Shown: positions 18,754 to 30,197 of the stretch, in pieces | How positions within the stretch are numbered: position 1 is the stretch's first letter | Layout: every line of letters starts with the position of its first letter | Source: Hyphomicrobiales bacterium | Lineage (GTDB): Bacteria > Pseudomonadota > Alphaproteobacteria > Rhizobiales > UBA4765 | Length of the DNA stretch: 64,000 nucleotides | NCBI GenBank assembly: GCA_019748135.1 | Contig: JAIEPZ010000023.1 | Location: 14,742 to 78,741, forward strand | Direction of reading: 5' to 3' | Made by a program: the position numbers and the translations under genes | Notes under the pieces: generated by a model | What the model saw: the letters and a program-made list of their open reading frames with translations, nothing else | The model's database searches: none | What the model was told of the DNA's origin: nothing

Positions 18754-20901
18754 TCAGCCGAAATGAGCCAGAACGGCCAGCAGCAGAAGAGCCACGATAT
18801 TGGTGATCTTGATCATGGGATTGACCGCCGGACCCGCCGTATCCTTGTAAGGATCGCCGACCGTGTCGCCGGTGACGGAGGCTTTGTGCGCATCCGACCC
18901 CTTGAGATGACGAACCCCGTCCTTGTCGACGAAACCGTCTTCAAACGATTTCTTGGCGTTGTCCCATGCGCCGCCGCCAGCCGTCATCGAAATGGCGACA
19001 AAAAGGCCGGTGATGATAACACCAAGCAATAGGGCGCCAAGCGCGGCAAAGGCTTGCGCCTTGCCGGCAATGAGGCTGACGACGAAGAACACAACGATGG
19101 GAGAGAGAACCGGCAGCAGAGAGGGAATGATCATCTCGGCAATGGCGCGTTTCGTCAGCAGATCCACCGCCCGGGCATAATCAGGGCGGTCGGTGCCGGC
19201 CATGATGCCCGGCTTTTCGCGGAACTGGCGACGGACTTCCTCAACAATCGCACCGGCAGCCTTGCCGACGGCTGTCATGCCCATGGCTCCGAAGAGATAA
19301 GGCAGCAAGCCGCCAAGCAGCAGGCCGACGACGACGTAGGGATTTGACAGAGAGAAGTCGACAGCACCAACGCCAGCGAAGAATTTGTAAGTGCTGCCAT
19401 TGGCGATGAAGTAGTTGAGATCGGCGGTATAGGCGCCGAAGAGGACGAGCGCACCAAGACCGGCAGAACCGATGGCGTAGCCTTTGGTGACGGCCTTGGT
19501 AGTGTTGCCGACCGCGTCGAGCGCATCGGTGGTAACGCGCACTTCCTTCGGCAGACCGGCCATTTCGGCGATGCCGCCGGCATTGTCGGTGACCGGACCG
19601 AAGGCATCAAGTGCAACGATGATGCCGGTGACCGACAGCATCCCCGTCACCGCAATCGCCACACCGAAGAGACCGGCCAGCGAATAGGTGGCGATAATGC
19701 CAACGATGATGATGAGCGCGGGCGCTGCGGTCGCTTCCATCGATACCGCCAGGCCCTGGATGACGTTGGTGCCATGGCCGCTGACGGAGGCCTGGGCAAT
19801 CGACACCACGGGGCGAAAGCCGGTGCCGGTGTAGTATTCCGTCACCCAGACGATGAGCGCGGTGATGACAAGGCCGAGAGCTGCGCAAATGAACAGGGCC
19901 GTGCCGGTAAATTTGAGTGCGCCGGCCGTAAAGACTGTCGCGAAGCCTTCCGGCAGGACGGTCTGTGTGACGATGGCGATCCCGACCACCGACAGAAGGC
20001 CAGCCGCCACGAGACCCTTGTAAAGGGCGCCCATGATCGAGTTGTTCTGCCCGAGCTTGACGAAATAGGTCCCCAGGATCGAGGTCAGGATACAGATGCC
20101 GCCGATGGCCAGCGGATAGATCATCGCCTGCCCCACCAGCGGTGCGCCAGCAAACGTGATGGCGGCCAGAACCATGCTGGCAACGATGGTAACGGCATAG
20201 GTCTCGAAGAGATCGGCTGCCATGCCGGCGCAGTCACCGACATTGTCACCAACGTTATCGGCAATCGTCGCCGGATTGCGCGGGTCATCCTCGGGGATAC
20301 CCGCTTCCACTTTGCCGACAAGATCGCCGCCGACATCCGCGCCCTTGGTGAAGATGCCGCCGCCCAGACGGGCGAAGATCGATATCAGCGAGGCGCCAAA
20401 GCCAAGAGAGACGAGCGCGTCGATCACGGTGCGGCCTGTGGCCGGAAGTCCGAGGCCGGAGGTCAGGATCAGGAAATAGACGGCAACTCCCAGAAGTGCC
20501 AGTCCGGCGACCAGCATGCCGGTCACCGCGCCTGCCTTGAACGAAATATCAAGGCCGGCGGCCAGCGACTTGGTCGCCGCCTGGGCGGTGCGCACATTGG
20601 CACGCACCGACACGTTCATCCCCACGAAGCCCGCGACGCCTGACAGAATGGCGCCGATGGCAAAGCCGATCGCAGCCAGAATGCCAAGGAAATAGATTGC
20701 CAGCAGGAAAATCACCGCGCCCACGGCGGCAATCGTCACGTACTGCCGGCGCAGATAGGCCGCCGCTCCTTCTTCGATTGCTTTTGCAATTTCCTGCATG
20801 CGCGCGTTTCCGGCATCTGATTTCATCAAAGCCGAACTCGTCACGATGCCGAATACGATCGCTGCCAAACCGCAGGCGATGATCAGCCACAATGCCGTCA
20901 T
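18754..20901 (-). CDS. hppA: Membrane-integral pyrophosphatase, probably K+-independent H+-pumping
   Basis: [46 protein letters not shown]. Confidence 0.95.
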   Translation of the reverse strand: MTALWLIIACGLAAIVFGIVTSSALMKSDAGNARMQEIAKAIEEGAAAYLRRQYVTIAAVGAVIFLLAIYFLGILAAIGFAIGAILSGVAGFVGMNVSVRANVRTAQAATKSLAAGLDISFKAGAVTGMLVAGLALLGVAVYFLILTSGLGLPATGRTVIDALVSLGFGASLISIFARLGGGIFTKGADVGGDLVGKVEAGIPEDDPRNPATIADNVGDNVGDCAGMAADLFETYAVTIVASMVLAAITFAGAPLVGQAMIYPLAIGGICILTSILGTYFVKLGQNNSIMGALYKGLVAAGLLSVVGIAIVTQTVLPEGFATVFTAGALKFTGTALFICAALGLVITALIVWVTEYYTGTGFRPVVSIAQASVSGHGTNVIQGLAVSMEATAAPALIIIVGIIATYSLAGLFGVAIAVTGMLSVTGIIVALDAFGPVTDNAGGIAEMAGLPKEVRVTTDALDAVGNTTKAVTKGYAIGSAGLGALVLFGAYTADLNYFIANGSTYKFFAGVGAVDFSLSNPYVVVGLLLGGLLPYLFGAMGMTAVGKAAGAIVEEVRRQFREKPGIMAGTDRPDYARAVDLLTKRAIAEMIIPSLLPVLSPIVVFFVVSLIAGKAQAFAALGALLLGVIITGLFVAISMTAGGGAWDNAKKSFEDGFVDKDGVRHLKGSDAHKASVTGDTVGDPYKDTAGPAVNPMIKITNIVALLLLAVLAHFG

Positions 20902-21048
20902 ATGATTACCCTCAACTGTTGCGCGGGCCAACCCCATGCCACCCATTCGCCGCGGAAGCGACAACGAGATGACTATCTGCCCTTGGCCCTCTAGGTCGGG
21001 CGCGGTGTAGCCAAGGAATAGCCGTCGCGCAACTGAATCACGCGTCTG

Positions 21049-22275
21049 TCAGCCGGCGCGAGCCAGACGGCGCTGCGATGTCAACAGGATCACGAGGGCT
21101 ATCACAGCCAGTCCCAGCATCGGCAGAAGGGCTGACAGAACGGCGTGCCAGCCTCCATAATTCTGCAGGACACCCGACGTCAGCGAGGCAAGAGAAACCA
21201 GACCAAACACCAGAAAATCGTTTATTCCCTGCACTTTACCGCGCTCGGCTGGATGATGGCAATCGGCAACAAGAGCGGTTGCGGACACATAGGCAAGGTT
21301 CCAGCCAAGTCCGAGCAGCACGAGCGCTGCCCAAAAATGGGCGACAGAATAGCCCGCATACCCGACAACCGCACACAGGCCGAGCAGAGCCAGACCCGCG
21401 CTCATCACTTTGATCTTGCCATAGCGGGCGATGAGCGACCCGGTGAAGAAGCTCGGCGCATACATGGCCACCACATGCCACTGAATTCCAAGCGTCGAAT
21501 CGGTGATCGAATAGCCGCATTGCACCACCATGGCGACGGGAGCCGCCGTCATCACCAGGTTCATTGCCGCGTAGGACAGCATGCCAATAGCAACCGCGAC
21601 CACAAAGCGCGGCTGGCGGATGATCTCGCTCAACGGGCGTGATATCGCGGCTTCGAGACGGTTGGTGTCCATCTTCGGCCAGCGGGTGAGCGCGATGAAG
21701 CCCATCGACAGAAGGATCACGAGCGTTGAACCGATATAAGGTCCGACATAGGTGAGACCCGGCAGCGCATCCTTGGCGTTGATGACGATCTGCGGACCGA
21801 TGAAGGCTGCCGCCAGCCCGCCGGCCAAAACCCATGAAATTGCCTTGGGGCGAAAGGCTGGCGTTGCCGTGTCAGCTGCGGCAAAACGGAAAAACTGCGT
21901 CCATGACAGATATGAACCGGCCAAAAAAGTTCCAAGGCAAAACAACCAGAACGAACTGGCAATCACGCCAGCAGCCGCGACAAGCCCGCCCGTCATGCCG
22001 ATGACGCCACCCAGCAGGAAGCCCGGCTTGCGGCCGATGCGGGCCATCAGCAGGGAGGCTGGAATGGCGGTGGCGAGCGAACCAACGACAAAGGCGGTGA
22101 TCGGCAGTGTTGTCAGCTCGCGGCTGGGCGCCAGCTGGCTGCCCAGAATGCCGCCCAGCGCGAAATTAATCGTCGAATTGGCGCCGCCGAGCGCCAGTGC
22201 CAGCGACAGACAGCGGGCGTTGTGGCGGGCAAGCTTGTCCGGGTCGCCGTCTTGCGGCAGTGCGGCAGTGATCAT
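21049..22275 (-). CDS. MFS transporter
   Basis: About 12 TM segments; RFAAAD, HVVAMYAPSFFTG.LI, LLGLGWN. Confidence 0.88.
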   Translation of the reverse strand: MITAALPQDGDPDKLARHNARCLSLALALGGANSTINFALGGILGSQLAPSRELTTLPITAFVVGSLATAIPASLLMARIGRKPGFLLGGVIGMTGGLVAAAGVIASSFWLFCLGTFLAGSYLSWTQFFRFAAADTATPAFRPKAISWVLAGGLAAAFIGPQIVINAKDALPGLTYVGPYIGSTLVILLSMGFIALTRWPKMDTNRLEAAISRPLSEIIRQPRFVVAVAIGMLSYAAMNLVMTAAPVAMVVQCGYSITDSTLGIQWHVVAMYAPSFFTGSLIARYGKIKVMSAGLALLGLCAVVGYAGYSVAHFWAALVLLGLGWNLAYVSATALVADCHHPAERGKVQGINDFLVFGLVSLASLTSGVLQNYGGWHAVLSALLPMLGLAVIALVILLTSQRRLARAG

Positions 22276-22352
22276 GACGTCAAACCCCGGAATGAAAACG
22301 GCAAGTAAGGTGCTGATAGCCCGATGAGGGGCTTTGCGGTCAAGGACCTCGA

Positions 22353-23339
22353 TCAGAAATGGCTGAAACTCGTGGTTGCGAACGACAGAACGTCGCCCTC
22401 GTGGACAAATTGCGGGGGCGCATTGCCCGCGACGATAGTGCCGATTTCGCTGACGGCAACATTCGCTGCGCGCGCTTCTGCCATGAGGGTGCTGCATCGA
22501 TCCGGGGCGACGGTGAAGAGGATTTCGTAGTCATCACCCCCGCTCAATGCCAGTTCAAGCATATCGGTACCGGTGCCACACAGCGTGTACGCGGCCGCCG
22601 ACAACGGCACATGAGCGATATCGATCATTGCACTGACGCCGCTGGCGCGACAGAGCTTGGCGCAATCGCCTGCCAACCCGTCGGAAACATCCATCGCCGC
22701 GCTCGCATGGACCTGCAGCAGGCCAGCCAGCGCGTTTCGCGGCTCAGGAACAAGATAGCGCTGTAACAGGTAAGCCCGATGGTTCGCCGCCAAATTCTCG
22801 AAGCGCTCGGGCTGAAGCCGCAGCCGGCAGCCAAACGCCGCATCGCCAATCGTGCCGGTGACGAAGACGCGGTCGCCCGCTTGCGCGCCTTTGCGACGGA
22901 CCATTTTCCCAGCCGGTACAAGGCCCAGCGCCGTGATCGAGAGCATCAGCGGCCCGGCCGAGCGGGTTGTGTCCCCGCCAAGGAGGGCAATATCGAAGTG
23001 CTTCTGGTCGAAATCGAGACCTTTGACGAAATCAGCAAGCCACGCCTCGCTCCACTCGTCGGGAAGCGCCAGGGTCAGCAGATAGGCGCGTGGGCGGGCG
23101 CCCTTGGCGGCAAGGTCCGAAAGATTGGTACGCAACGCCTTGCGAGCGATGAGATCAGGCGGGTCATCGGCAAAAAAATGCACACCGGCGACCAGCGCGT
23201 CCATCGTGACCACCAACTCATATCCCGAAGGAACGGCCAGGCAGGCGGCATCATCGGTCAGATTGAAGGCGGCGGGATCGCTTGCCAGCGGCGCCAGATA
23301 GCGGGCGATGAGGGTGTCTTCATCGGGGCGTGCAAGCAT
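22353..23339 (-). CDS. thiL: Thiamine-monophosphate kinase
   Basis: DDAA, NLSDLAAKGA.P, GGDT, AMDVSDGL, GGDDYEILF. Confidence 0.95.
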   Translation of the reverse strand: MLARPDEDTLIARYLAPLASDPAAFNLTDDAACLAVPSGYELVVTMDALVAGVHFFADDPPDLIARKALRTNLSDLAAKGARPRAYLLTLALPDEWSEAWLADFVKGLDFDQKHFDIALLGGDTTRSAGPLMLSITALGLVPAGKMVRRKGAQAGDRVFVTGTIGDAAFGCRLRLQPERFENLAANHRAYLLQRYLVPEPRNALAGLLQVHASAAMDVSDGLAGDCAKLCRASGVSAMIDIAHVPLSAAAYTLCGTGTDMLELALSGGDDYEILFTVAPDRCSTLMAEARAANVAVSEIGTIVAGNAPPQFVHEGDVLSFATTSFSHF

Positions 23340-23842
23340 CAGGCGGAGCGCGGGGCAGCGCCGGAGAAATCCTCCGCCCTTTCCTGCCGGCCCAGCGTGT
23401 CGAGGATGGCGTTGACGATACGCGGCTCTTCACCGTTGGCAAAAAAAGCGTTGGCGATATCGACGTATTCGACGATGGCGGCGCGGGCCGGCACATCACG
23501 GCGGTAATAAATCTCATAAGCGCCACAACGCAGGATCTGGCGTAATGTCGAGTCGATCCGCGCCAGCGGCCAACCCTCTTTCAAAACGCCGTCAATGGCC
23601 GGGTCAAGCGCAATCTGCTCCCGCACGACACCACCGGCGATATCGCGAAAAAAAGCGACATCCGCATCGCGGTAGACATCGCCATCGACTTCCTTGCCCA
23701 GGCGAAAAGCTTCGAATTCGCTCAACGTGGCAAAGAGGTCGGCGCCGGAAATATCCATCTGGTAAAGCGCCTGCACCGCCGCAAGGCGAGCAGCCGAACG
23801 CTTGTTGCCTGGTTTGGGGAGCCTGTTGTTTGCAGATACCAT
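23339..23842 (-). CDS. nusB: Transcription antitermination factor NusB
   Basis: RSAARLAAVQALYQ, ILR.GAYE, EYVDIA..F, VNAILD. Confidence 0.95.
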   Translation of the reverse strand: MVSANNRLPKPGNKRSAARLAAVQALYQMDISGADLFATLSEFEAFRLGKEVDGDVYRDADVAFFRDIAGGVVREQIALDPAIDGVLKEGWPLARIDSTLRQILRCGAYEIYYRRDVPARAAIVEYVDIANAFFANGEEPRIVNAILDTLGRQERAEDFSGAAPRSA

Positions 23843-24441
23843 CAGTGGTCGTTACCGGCTGGCGACGTTGGGCGCAAGGCATTGCCGAGCCGCCGCAACA
23901 TGTCGGGATCAAATCCGCCCGTCGCCGCATGGCTTGCGACGAGCGCCGGCTGGAGGCTCCATTTACGCTGAAGCGCGATCATCGCCAGACAGGCCGATGC
24001 CGCTGCGCCACCCTTGTCCATGTCGCTTTGGCGGGCGCGCGCCAGCGCCTGTTCCTCGCTCTCAACCGTCAGAATGCCGTTACCGATCGCCAGCCCTTCG
24101 CCCGTTGCCAGATCCATCACCGCACGGTTCGATTCATTGGCCACGACATCGTAATGCGTCGTCTCGCCGCGAATGACGGTGCCAAGAACGACGAAACCAT
24201 CATAGGGACGAAAGCCCTGCACTTCACGCGATGCGCGCACCGCAAGGGCAATGACGGCAGGAATTTCCAGCGCTCCGGGAACGGTCACGACGTCGATTTC
24301 GGCGTTCGCCTGCGCCAGCCTGGCGCGGGCACCCGCCAGCAATTCGTCGGCGATATGCTGGTAAAAGCGAGCCTCGATGATGAGGACACGTGGCGGCGGG
24401 CCAGGAACATGCGCCATAGCGGTTGTCGGTGTTACCTGCAT
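23842..24441 (-). CDS. ribH: 6,7-dimethyl-8-ribityllumazine synthase
   Basis: EARFY, VPGALEIP, GTVIRGETTHYD, GNGILTV, KGG.AA; start may be 24417. Confidence 0.93.
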   Translation of the reverse strand: MQVTPTTAMAHVPGPPPRVLIIEARFYQHIADELLAGARARLAQANAEIDVVTVPGALEIPAVIALAVRASREVQGFRPYDGFVVLGTVIRGETTHYDVVANESNRAVMDLATGEGLAIGNGILTVESEEQALARARQSDMDKGGAAASACLAMIALQRKWSLQPALVASHAATGGFDPDMLRRLGNALRPTSPAGNDH

Positions 24442-24446
24442 CGACG

Positions 24447-25073
24447 TTATATCCTCTCTCCCGCCCCAGCCTGCCTGCCGGCCAGCAGGCGCGCCGCATA
24501 GCGCGCCATCAGGTCAACCTCAAGGTTTACCTCATGGCCTGCCTGCGCAGCCCCCCAGGTGGTGACACCAAGCGAATGAGGGATCAGCATGATGTCGAAA
24601 ATGTTTCCCTCGGCACGATTGACGGTCAGCGACGTACCATCAAGTGCCAACGAACCCTTCTCGGCAATGAATTTCGCCAGTTCCGCCGGTGCCTCAAGGG
24701 TAAAGCGGGCGCAGTCATCCTCGTCAAGCCGAGTGAGGATCCGCGCCAGCCCGTCAACATGGCCGGTGACGATATGGCCACCAAGCTCGTCACCCAGTCT
24801 GAGCGAACGTTCGAGATTAATCTGCGTACCAATTTGCCATTGCCCCGCTGTCGAGCGGGCCAACGTTTCGGTTGACACATCGACATCAAACCACGGTGCC
24901 GTCCCTGACGGCGCGATAGCGATGGCCGTCAGGCAGACACCCGAACAGGCAATCGAGGCGCCGATCGCCAGCCCGTCGACGCTGGCTTTCGGCGTGATAC
25001 GCAGGCGTTTGGCACCGCCGCGATCAGCGATGGCTGCAATCGTTCCTAGATCAGTGATGATGCCGGTGAACAT
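24447..25073 (-). CDS. ribE: Riboflavin synthase
   Basis: MFTGII, GASIACSGVCLT, NLERSL, GGHIVTGHVDG, VNLEVD. Confidence 0.96.
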   Translation of the reverse strand: MFTGIITDLGTIAAIADRGGAKRLRITPKASVDGLAIGASIACSGVCLTAIAIAPSGTAPWFDVDVSTETLARSTAGQWQIGTQINLERSLRLGDELGGHIVTGHVDGLARILTRLDEDDCARFTLEAPAELAKFIAEKGSLALDGTSLTVNRAEGNIFDIMLIPHSLGVTTWGAAQAGHEVNLEVDLMARYAARLLAGRQAGAGERI

Positions 25074-25076
25074 GGG

Positions 25077-26204
25077 CTATCTCCTGCGGCGATAATATGT
25101 GGCTATATCGCCGGCGAACAGCTCTTCCTCATGCCGCTCGAAGCGTTGCCCGGCGATGATGTCATCAAGCGACCCCGGCGCCAGCGCGGCAATGCCCGTA
25201 TCGCCGATCACGCGCTGCCCGCGCAGCAAAATGATGGTGTCGACGAGATCATGGGCGAGGAGCGCTCTGGCGAAGGTCAACCCGCCCTCGACAAAGAGGG
25301 TCGTCAAGCCAAGCTTGCCGAGTTCACGCAAGGCGATATCGAGGTTGATGCGCCCGGCGCTGAGCCATGGTGGCGGTATACGTTGGATATGGACGCCCCG
25401 TGCCGCCAGCGCATCCGCCTTCGCCTCGGCGGCATCGAGGCTCGTCACGACGTGAAGCGGACGGATGCGAGCTTCAGCAACCAGACGCGCGCCAAGCGGC
25501 AGCCGCAGCCGGCTATCAAAGACAATCGGCGTGGGCGAGCGCGAAGCAAGGCCCGGCAAGCGGACATCAAGCGCCGGATCATCGCTGAGCACGGTGCCGA
25601 TCCCGACAACGATGCCGTCTGACTGGCTGCGCCAGCGATGAACAGCAGAATTCATCACTTCATTTGTAATGGCAACGCGTTGGCCGGATATCCCCAATTT
25701 GCCGTCAGCCGACAGCGCCAGCTTCAGCGTGACGTGCGGCCGGCCAAAGCGCAGACGCGCCAGATGACCTTCATGAACAATCACCGCCTGGGCACGCATC
25801 ACGTCACGGGTGATCGTGATGCCGGCTTCTACCATGCGCGCAAAGCCACCGCCGGCGGTGCGTGGATCAGGATCTTCGAGGGCACAGACAACCCGCGCTA
25901 TACCGGCATCGATCAGGGCCTGCGAACAGGGGGCAGCGCGGCCGATATGGGAGCAAGGTTCAAGTGTCACATAGGCGGTTGCCCCGCGCGCCGCAGCCCC
26001 TGCTTGAGCGAGCGCATTTGCCTCCGCATGGGGGCGGCCGCCGGTTGAGGTCACGCCCTGCCCGACGATCAGCGGACCATCCGGACCTGCGCGGGCGATG
26101 AGGCAGCCAACCGACGGGTTCGGGCGTGCCAGCCCAAGCCCGCGACGCGCCAGCCGCAGCGCTGCCGCCATCAGGCGATGATCATCATCGGCGGCTTCAC
26201 TCAA
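25077..26204 (-). CDS. ribD: Bifunctional diaminohydroxyphosphoribosylaminopyrimidine deaminase / reductase
   Basis: PNPSVGC, HAE, TLEPCSH.GR..PC, VEGG; start taken at TTG 26204 overlapping nrdR (ATG 26171 alternative). Confidence 0.93.
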   Translation of the reverse strand: MSEAADDDHRLMAAALRLARRGLGLARPNPSVGCLIARAGPDGPLIVGQGVTSTGGRPHAEANALAQAGAAARGATAYVTLEPCSHIGRAAPCSQALIDAGIARVVCALEDPDPRTAGGGFARMVEAGITITRDVMRAQAVIVHEGHLARLRFGRPHVTLKLALSADGKLGISGQRVAITNEVMNSAVHRWRSQSDGIVVGIGTVLSDDPALDVRLPGLASRSPTPIVFDSRLRLPLGARLVAEARIRPLHVVTSLDAAEAKADALAARGVHIQRIPPPWLSAGRINLDIALRELGKLGLTTLFVEGGLTFARALLAHDLVDTIILLRGQRVIGDTGIAALAPGSLDDIIAGQRFERHEEELFAGDIATYYRRRR

Positions 26205-26688
26205 GCCGCTTTTTTGACGCCCCCGGGCGCGGCGTCTCCTCGGCTTGCAATTCATCGAGCACGGTCTCGAAGTCCTTCGCTTCCCGGAAATTGCGATAGA
26301 CCGAGGCAAAGCGCACATAGGCCACCTGATCGAGAACGCGCAGGCCCTCCATGATCAGTTCGCCGATGGAATTCGAGTTGATATCGACATCTCCTGAGCT
26401 TTCCAGCTGGCGGACGATGCCGCTTACCATGCGCTCGATGCGCTCATCTTCAACCGGGCGCTTGCGCAGCGCCACACGCACGGAGCGGTCAAGCTTGTCG
26501 CGATCAAACGGCACCCGGCGTCCCGACCGTTTGACGACGGTGAGTTCGCGCAATTGCACACGCTCGAAGGTGGTGAACCTGCCGCCGCAACCAGGGCAGC
26601 TGCGACGACGCCTTATGGCGGCGTTATCATCGGTCGGCCGCGAATCCTTGACCTGCGTGTCCTGACTTGCACAGTACGGGCAACGCAT
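26197..26688 (-). CDS. nrdR: Transcriptional repressor NrdR
   Basis: MRCPYC...DSR...IRRRR.C..C..RFTTFE; ATP cone; AYVRFASVY. Confidence 0.97.
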   Translation of the reverse strand: MRCPYCASQDTQVKDSRPTDDNAAIRRRRSCPGCGGRFTTFERVQLRELTVVKRSGRRVPFDRDKLDRSVRVALRKRPVEDERIERMVSGIVRQLESSGDVDINSNSIGELIMEGLRVLDQVAYVRFASVYRNFREAKDFETVLDELQAEETPRPGASKKRLE

Positions 26689-26696
26689 CATGAGCC

Positions 26697-28001
26697 TCAG
26701 TAAATGGGGAAACGGTCGGTCAGGGCGATAACGCGCTTGCGAATGGCTGCTTCAACGAGCGGCGCCTGGCCATCGCTGGACTGGGCCACAGCATTCAGGA
26801 CCTCGGCAATAAGATCCCCCACCTGATGGAATTCGGCGATGCCAAAGCCGCGCGTGGTTGCGGCCGGCGTGCCAAGACGGATGCCTGATGTGATCATCGG
26901 CTTTTCCGTATCGTGGGGAATAGCATTCTTGTTGCAGGTGATGAAGGAGCGCACCAGCGCCTGCTCGGAGACATTACCCTTGAGGCCCTTCGGGCGCAGA
27001 TCAACCAGCATGAGGTGGTTATCGGTGCCGCCGGACGCAATCTCGAAGCCGTGACCTCGCAGACGCTCGGCAAGGGCTCTGGCGTTGGCAATCACGTGCC
27101 GGCTGTAGGATTTGAACTCAGGCTGCAGGGCTTCGCCAAAGGCGACCGCCTTGGCGGCAATCACATGCATCAGCGGGCCGCCCTGAAGCCCGGGGAAGAC
27201 GGCTGAATTGATTTTCTTGGCCAGCCCCTCGTCATTGGTGAGGATCATGCCACCGCGCGGACCGCGCAATGTCTTGTGGGTCGTGGTGGTCGCCACATGG
27301 GCATGAGGGAACGGGCTTGGATGCTCGCCTGCTGCGACCAAACCAGCGAAATGGGCCATATCGACCATGAAAAGCGCGCCGACTGCATCGGCAATCTCGC
27401 GAAAGCGCGCAAAATCCCAAAGGCGCGAATAGGCCGAACCACCGGCGATGATGAGCTTGGGTTTTGCCTGATGAGCGATCTTCTCGACCTCATCCATGTC
27501 GATGATCTGGTCGCTCTTGCGCACCGTGTAGGGCACGGGCACGAACCATTTGCCCGACAGATTGACCGGTGAGCCGTGGGTCAGATGGCCACCGGCTGCC
27601 AGATCAAGACCCATAAACGTGTCACCCGGTTTGAGGAGCGCCAGAAACACCGCCTGATTGGCCTGCGCGCCCGAATGCGGCTGCACATTGGCAAAACCGC
27701 AGGAAAACAGCTCTTTTGCCCGATCTATCGCCAGTTGTTCAGCGATATCAACATGCTGGCAGCCGGCATAATAGCGCCGTCCCGGATAGCCCTCGGCGTA
27801 TTTGTTGGTCATGACCGAGCCCTGCGCTTCCAGAACGGCGCGCGAGACGATGTTTTCCGAGGCGATCAACTCGATTTCATGACGTTGGCGACCGAGTTCC
27901 GCTTTTACAGCAGCAGCGATGGCAGGATCGCGCGCCTCAAGGGAGGCTGAAAAGAAGTCGGATGAGCGGACAGAGCCGTCCGCCGCGCTGCTGGTAGCCA
28001 T
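26697..28001 (-). CDS. glyA: Serine hydroxymethyltransferase
   Basis: [39 protein letters not shown]. Confidence 0.98.
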   Translation of the reverse strand: MATSSAADGSVRSSDFFSASLEARDPAIAAAVKAELGRQRHEIELIASENIVSRAVLEAQGSVMTNKYAEGYPGRRYYAGCQHVDIAEQLAIDRAKELFSCGFANVQPHSGAQANQAVFLALLKPGDTFMGLDLAAGGHLTHGSPVNLSGKWFVPVPYTVRKSDQIIDMDEVEKIAHQAKPKLIIAGGSAYSRLWDFARFREIADAVGALFMVDMAHFAGLVAAGEHPSPFPHAHVATTTTHKTLRGPRGGMILTNDEGLAKKINSAVFPGLQGGPLMHVIAAKAVAFGEALQPEFKSYSRHVIANARALAERLRGHGFEIASGGTDNHLMLVDLRPKGLKGNVSEQALVRSFITCNKNAIPHDTEKPMITSGIRLGTPAATTRGFGIAEFHQVGDLIAEVLNAVAQSSDGQAPLVEAAIRKRVIALTDRFPIY

Positions 28002-28120
28002 GAAAAGAGCCTCGGTATGATCTAGCGTTGAGGGAGCTGGAGCGTTCACCAGCCAAAAGACCCGCCTCGACTAGCCGAGAACGCCAGCTGGGCGCAACCC
28101 GTCATCAGGAAACAGCGCAA

Positions 28121-29464
28121 TCACTGCACGCGCGCGGCCCGCTTTTCACCCGGCACAAAGGCTTGCGGCCCGACTGAATCATAAGGCGTTGCAGGCAGCG
28201 CAAGATTGCCGACAAGCTGCTGTTCATCACGCTTGTAGACATCGTCACGGAAATGGATGATGCCGTCCGCGTTCGCCCACGCCGTGATGTAGACCCAATA
28301 GACCGGGACCGGGCGCGTCAGCTTGGCGTCAATGCGCTCGTCGGTACGGATCGCCTGGTCGATGCGCACGCGCTGCCATTCAGGATTATCAGACAACAAC
28401 CACGTCACCAGTTCGCGAACATTCTGAACGCGGGCGCAGCCCGAGGAATGGAATCGTGCATCACCGCCAAACAGAGATTTCTGCGGCGTGTCGTGCATGT
28501 AGACAGCTTCGGTATTGGGCATGCCAAGCCGCACATTGCCCAGAGAGTTAATGCTGCCCGGATCCTGACGGAAGCGGAAATTCACCGCTTCTTCGGTGTT
28601 CCAGTTGATGAATTGCGGCGACAGCTCGTTATTTGTCTGATCAAAAATACGAATCTTGTTCTTGGCGAGATATTCGGGGTCTTTCTGCATCTTGGGGATA
28701 AGATCGCGACGGACAATGGAGGCCGGCACCGTCCAGAAGGGGTTGAAATTGATCTCGACGATACGAACCGCAAGAATCGGCGAGGGTCGGTCGATCTGGC
28801 CGACGACCGTACTGTGACGCTGAATAACCGCTCCGCCCTGCACTGCTTCGAGTTCGGCCGCCGGAATGTTCATCGCTACATATCGCTCACCAAGCGGCAC
28901 AGCCATGGTGCGCAGGCGCCCGAGATTGAGCGACAATTGGCTCAGCCTGCGCTCGGCCGGAACGTTCAGCGCGTGATAGGTCGGCGCCCGCACAACCCCG
29001 TCCGGGGCGATCCCGTGGCGATACTGGAAGCGCTTGACGGCTGCTTCGACAAAACTGTCGAAAATTTCCTGCCGCCCCGTCGTTTGTTCAAGATCGCCCG
29101 AGGCGACCAGGCGCCGGCGCAGCGCCAGCACGTTTTGGCTCGCGACACCCACGCGCAGCGCCGGTCCTTCCGGCACAGTCGGCCAGCCGCCGCGCGCGAC
29201 GATATCATTGTAGCGCTGGATCGCGCGCTCGACATTGGCAACAGAGGACGTTCCCAGAAGCGGGCTCTGGCGCACCTCCGGCAGGCTTGCTTGCGGGGTC
29301 GATATATCAAAGCGTTCCCGCCACTCGGTACCGGGAATTGTTGCGTTTGACACGAAATTCTGGGCTTTTGCGCTGCCACCAAGCATCGCCACGCCGGCAA
29401 GCAGGGTCGAAACATTCCGGCGCGTCAGCCGCCTTCCGCTCAATTTCCAGTTCGATGTCGTCAC
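28121..29464 (-). CDS. L,D-transpeptidase (YcbB/LdtP-like) with peptidoglycan-binding domain
   Basis: Tat-like TRRN leader, AVKRFQ.RHG...DG, YMHDTP...SSGC.RV catalytic motif. Confidence 0.93.
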   Translation of the reverse strand: MTTSNWKLSGRRLTRRNVSTLLAGVAMLGGSAKAQNFVSNATIPGTEWRERFDISTPQASLPEVRQSPLLGTSSVANVERAIQRYNDIVARGGWPTVPEGPALRVGVASQNVLALRRRLVASGDLEQTTGRQEIFDSFVEAAVKRFQYRHGIAPDGVVRAPTYHALNVPAERRLSQLSLNLGRLRTMAVPLGERYVAMNIPAAELEAVQGGAVIQRHSTVVGQIDRPSPILAVRIVEINFNPFWTVPASIVRRDLIPKMQKDPEYLAKNKIRIFDQTNNELSPQFINWNTEEAVNFRFRQDPGSINSLGNVRLGMPNTEAVYMHDTPQKSLFGGDARFHSSGCARVQNVRELVTWLLSDNPEWQRVRIDQAIRTDERIDAKLTRPVPVYWVYITAWANADGIIHFRDDVYKRDEQQLVGNLALPATPYDSVGPQAFVPGEKRAARVQ

Positions 29465-29614
29465 AATTCTTTCCTTGATCCGCTCGCCTCTGACGGCCGA
29501 TCCGGTTGATCAGATTGCAATCGATCAGGCAACAGCAATGTGATTCACGTCGGCAACCATGATTGGAGTGGCAGAGTGACGGTCAAATCGGTCAAAGCTG
29601 TGACGCGCGGCCAC

Positions 29615-29650
29615 AAAAACGAAAAGAGCGGCCTCGCGAACCGCCCTTCC
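29615..29650 (-). terminator. Probable intrinsic terminator of ldtR
   Basis: Minus strand GGGCGGTT-CGCG-AGGCCGCTC followed by TTTTCGTTTTT. Confidence 0.5.
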
Positions 29651-29684
29651 CTGTCATCGTTCTCTTCTTCTTATTATGTCGCAA

Positions 29685-30197
29685 TCACATGCGGTAGCGG
29701 ATCTGGTCGATCCAAAAACGCTCCAGACGCTGGAGGGCTGCCGACAAACGATCGAATTCTTCCTGCGAAATGCCAGCCACCGCTTCGAGCGAATGCGTCT
29801 GGCGATCATAAAGCCTGTCGACAACGGCGCGGATTTCCTGACCCTTGGGGGTCAGCTTGATGCGCACGGTGCGGCGGTCGACACGGCTCTTCTGATGCAG
29901 GATATAGCCAAGATCGACCAGTTTCTTGAGATTGTAGGAAACGTTCGATCCCAGATAATAGCCGCGCGTCTTCAATTCGCCAGCCGTCAGTTCAGCGTCC
30001 CCCATATGGAACAGGATGAGCGCCTGGGTGGCGTTGACATCGGAGCGGCCGATGCGGTCGAACTCATCCTTGATGACGTCAAGCAGGCCGCGATGGGCGC
30101 GCTCGACCATGGCCAGCGCGTCCAGATAGTGACGCTTGATTTCGCCGGCAGGCTTTGCGGTCTCGGTGGTCTTCGCCAGATTGCTCTTGTTGATCAT
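29685..30197 (-). CDS. ldtR: MarR-family regulator LdtR
   Basis: VER.HR.LLDVIKDEFDR, ELTAGELKTRGYYLGSNVSYNLKKL, RLERFW.DQIRYR; adjacent to the L,D-transpeptidase. Confidence 0.88.
   Translation of the reverse strand: MINKSNLAKTTETAKPAGEIKRHYLDALAMVERAHRGLLDVIKDEFDRIGRSDVNATQALILFHMGDAELTAGELKTRGYYLGSNVSYNLKKLVDLGYILHQKSRVDRRTVRIKLTPKGQEIRAVVDRLYDRQTHSLEAVAGISQEEFDRLSAALQRLERFWIDQIRYRM

Noticed and set aside
22353-26700. FMN or TPP riboswitch in the rib/thiL block
   Set aside because: The genes overlap or abut, leaving no leader, and no aptamer consensus is visible.
28002-28120. ZMP/ZTP riboswitch upstream of glyA
   Set aside because: Often found before glyA, but I could not find its conserved elements in this 119-bp gap.
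28253-29350. Long antisense ORFs (365 aa here; also 3713-4639, 19774-20643, 45533-46498, 49943-51037, 54416-55501)
   Set aside because: They shadow well-supported genes on the other strand, as expected from high-GC codon bias, and have no recognisable motifs.
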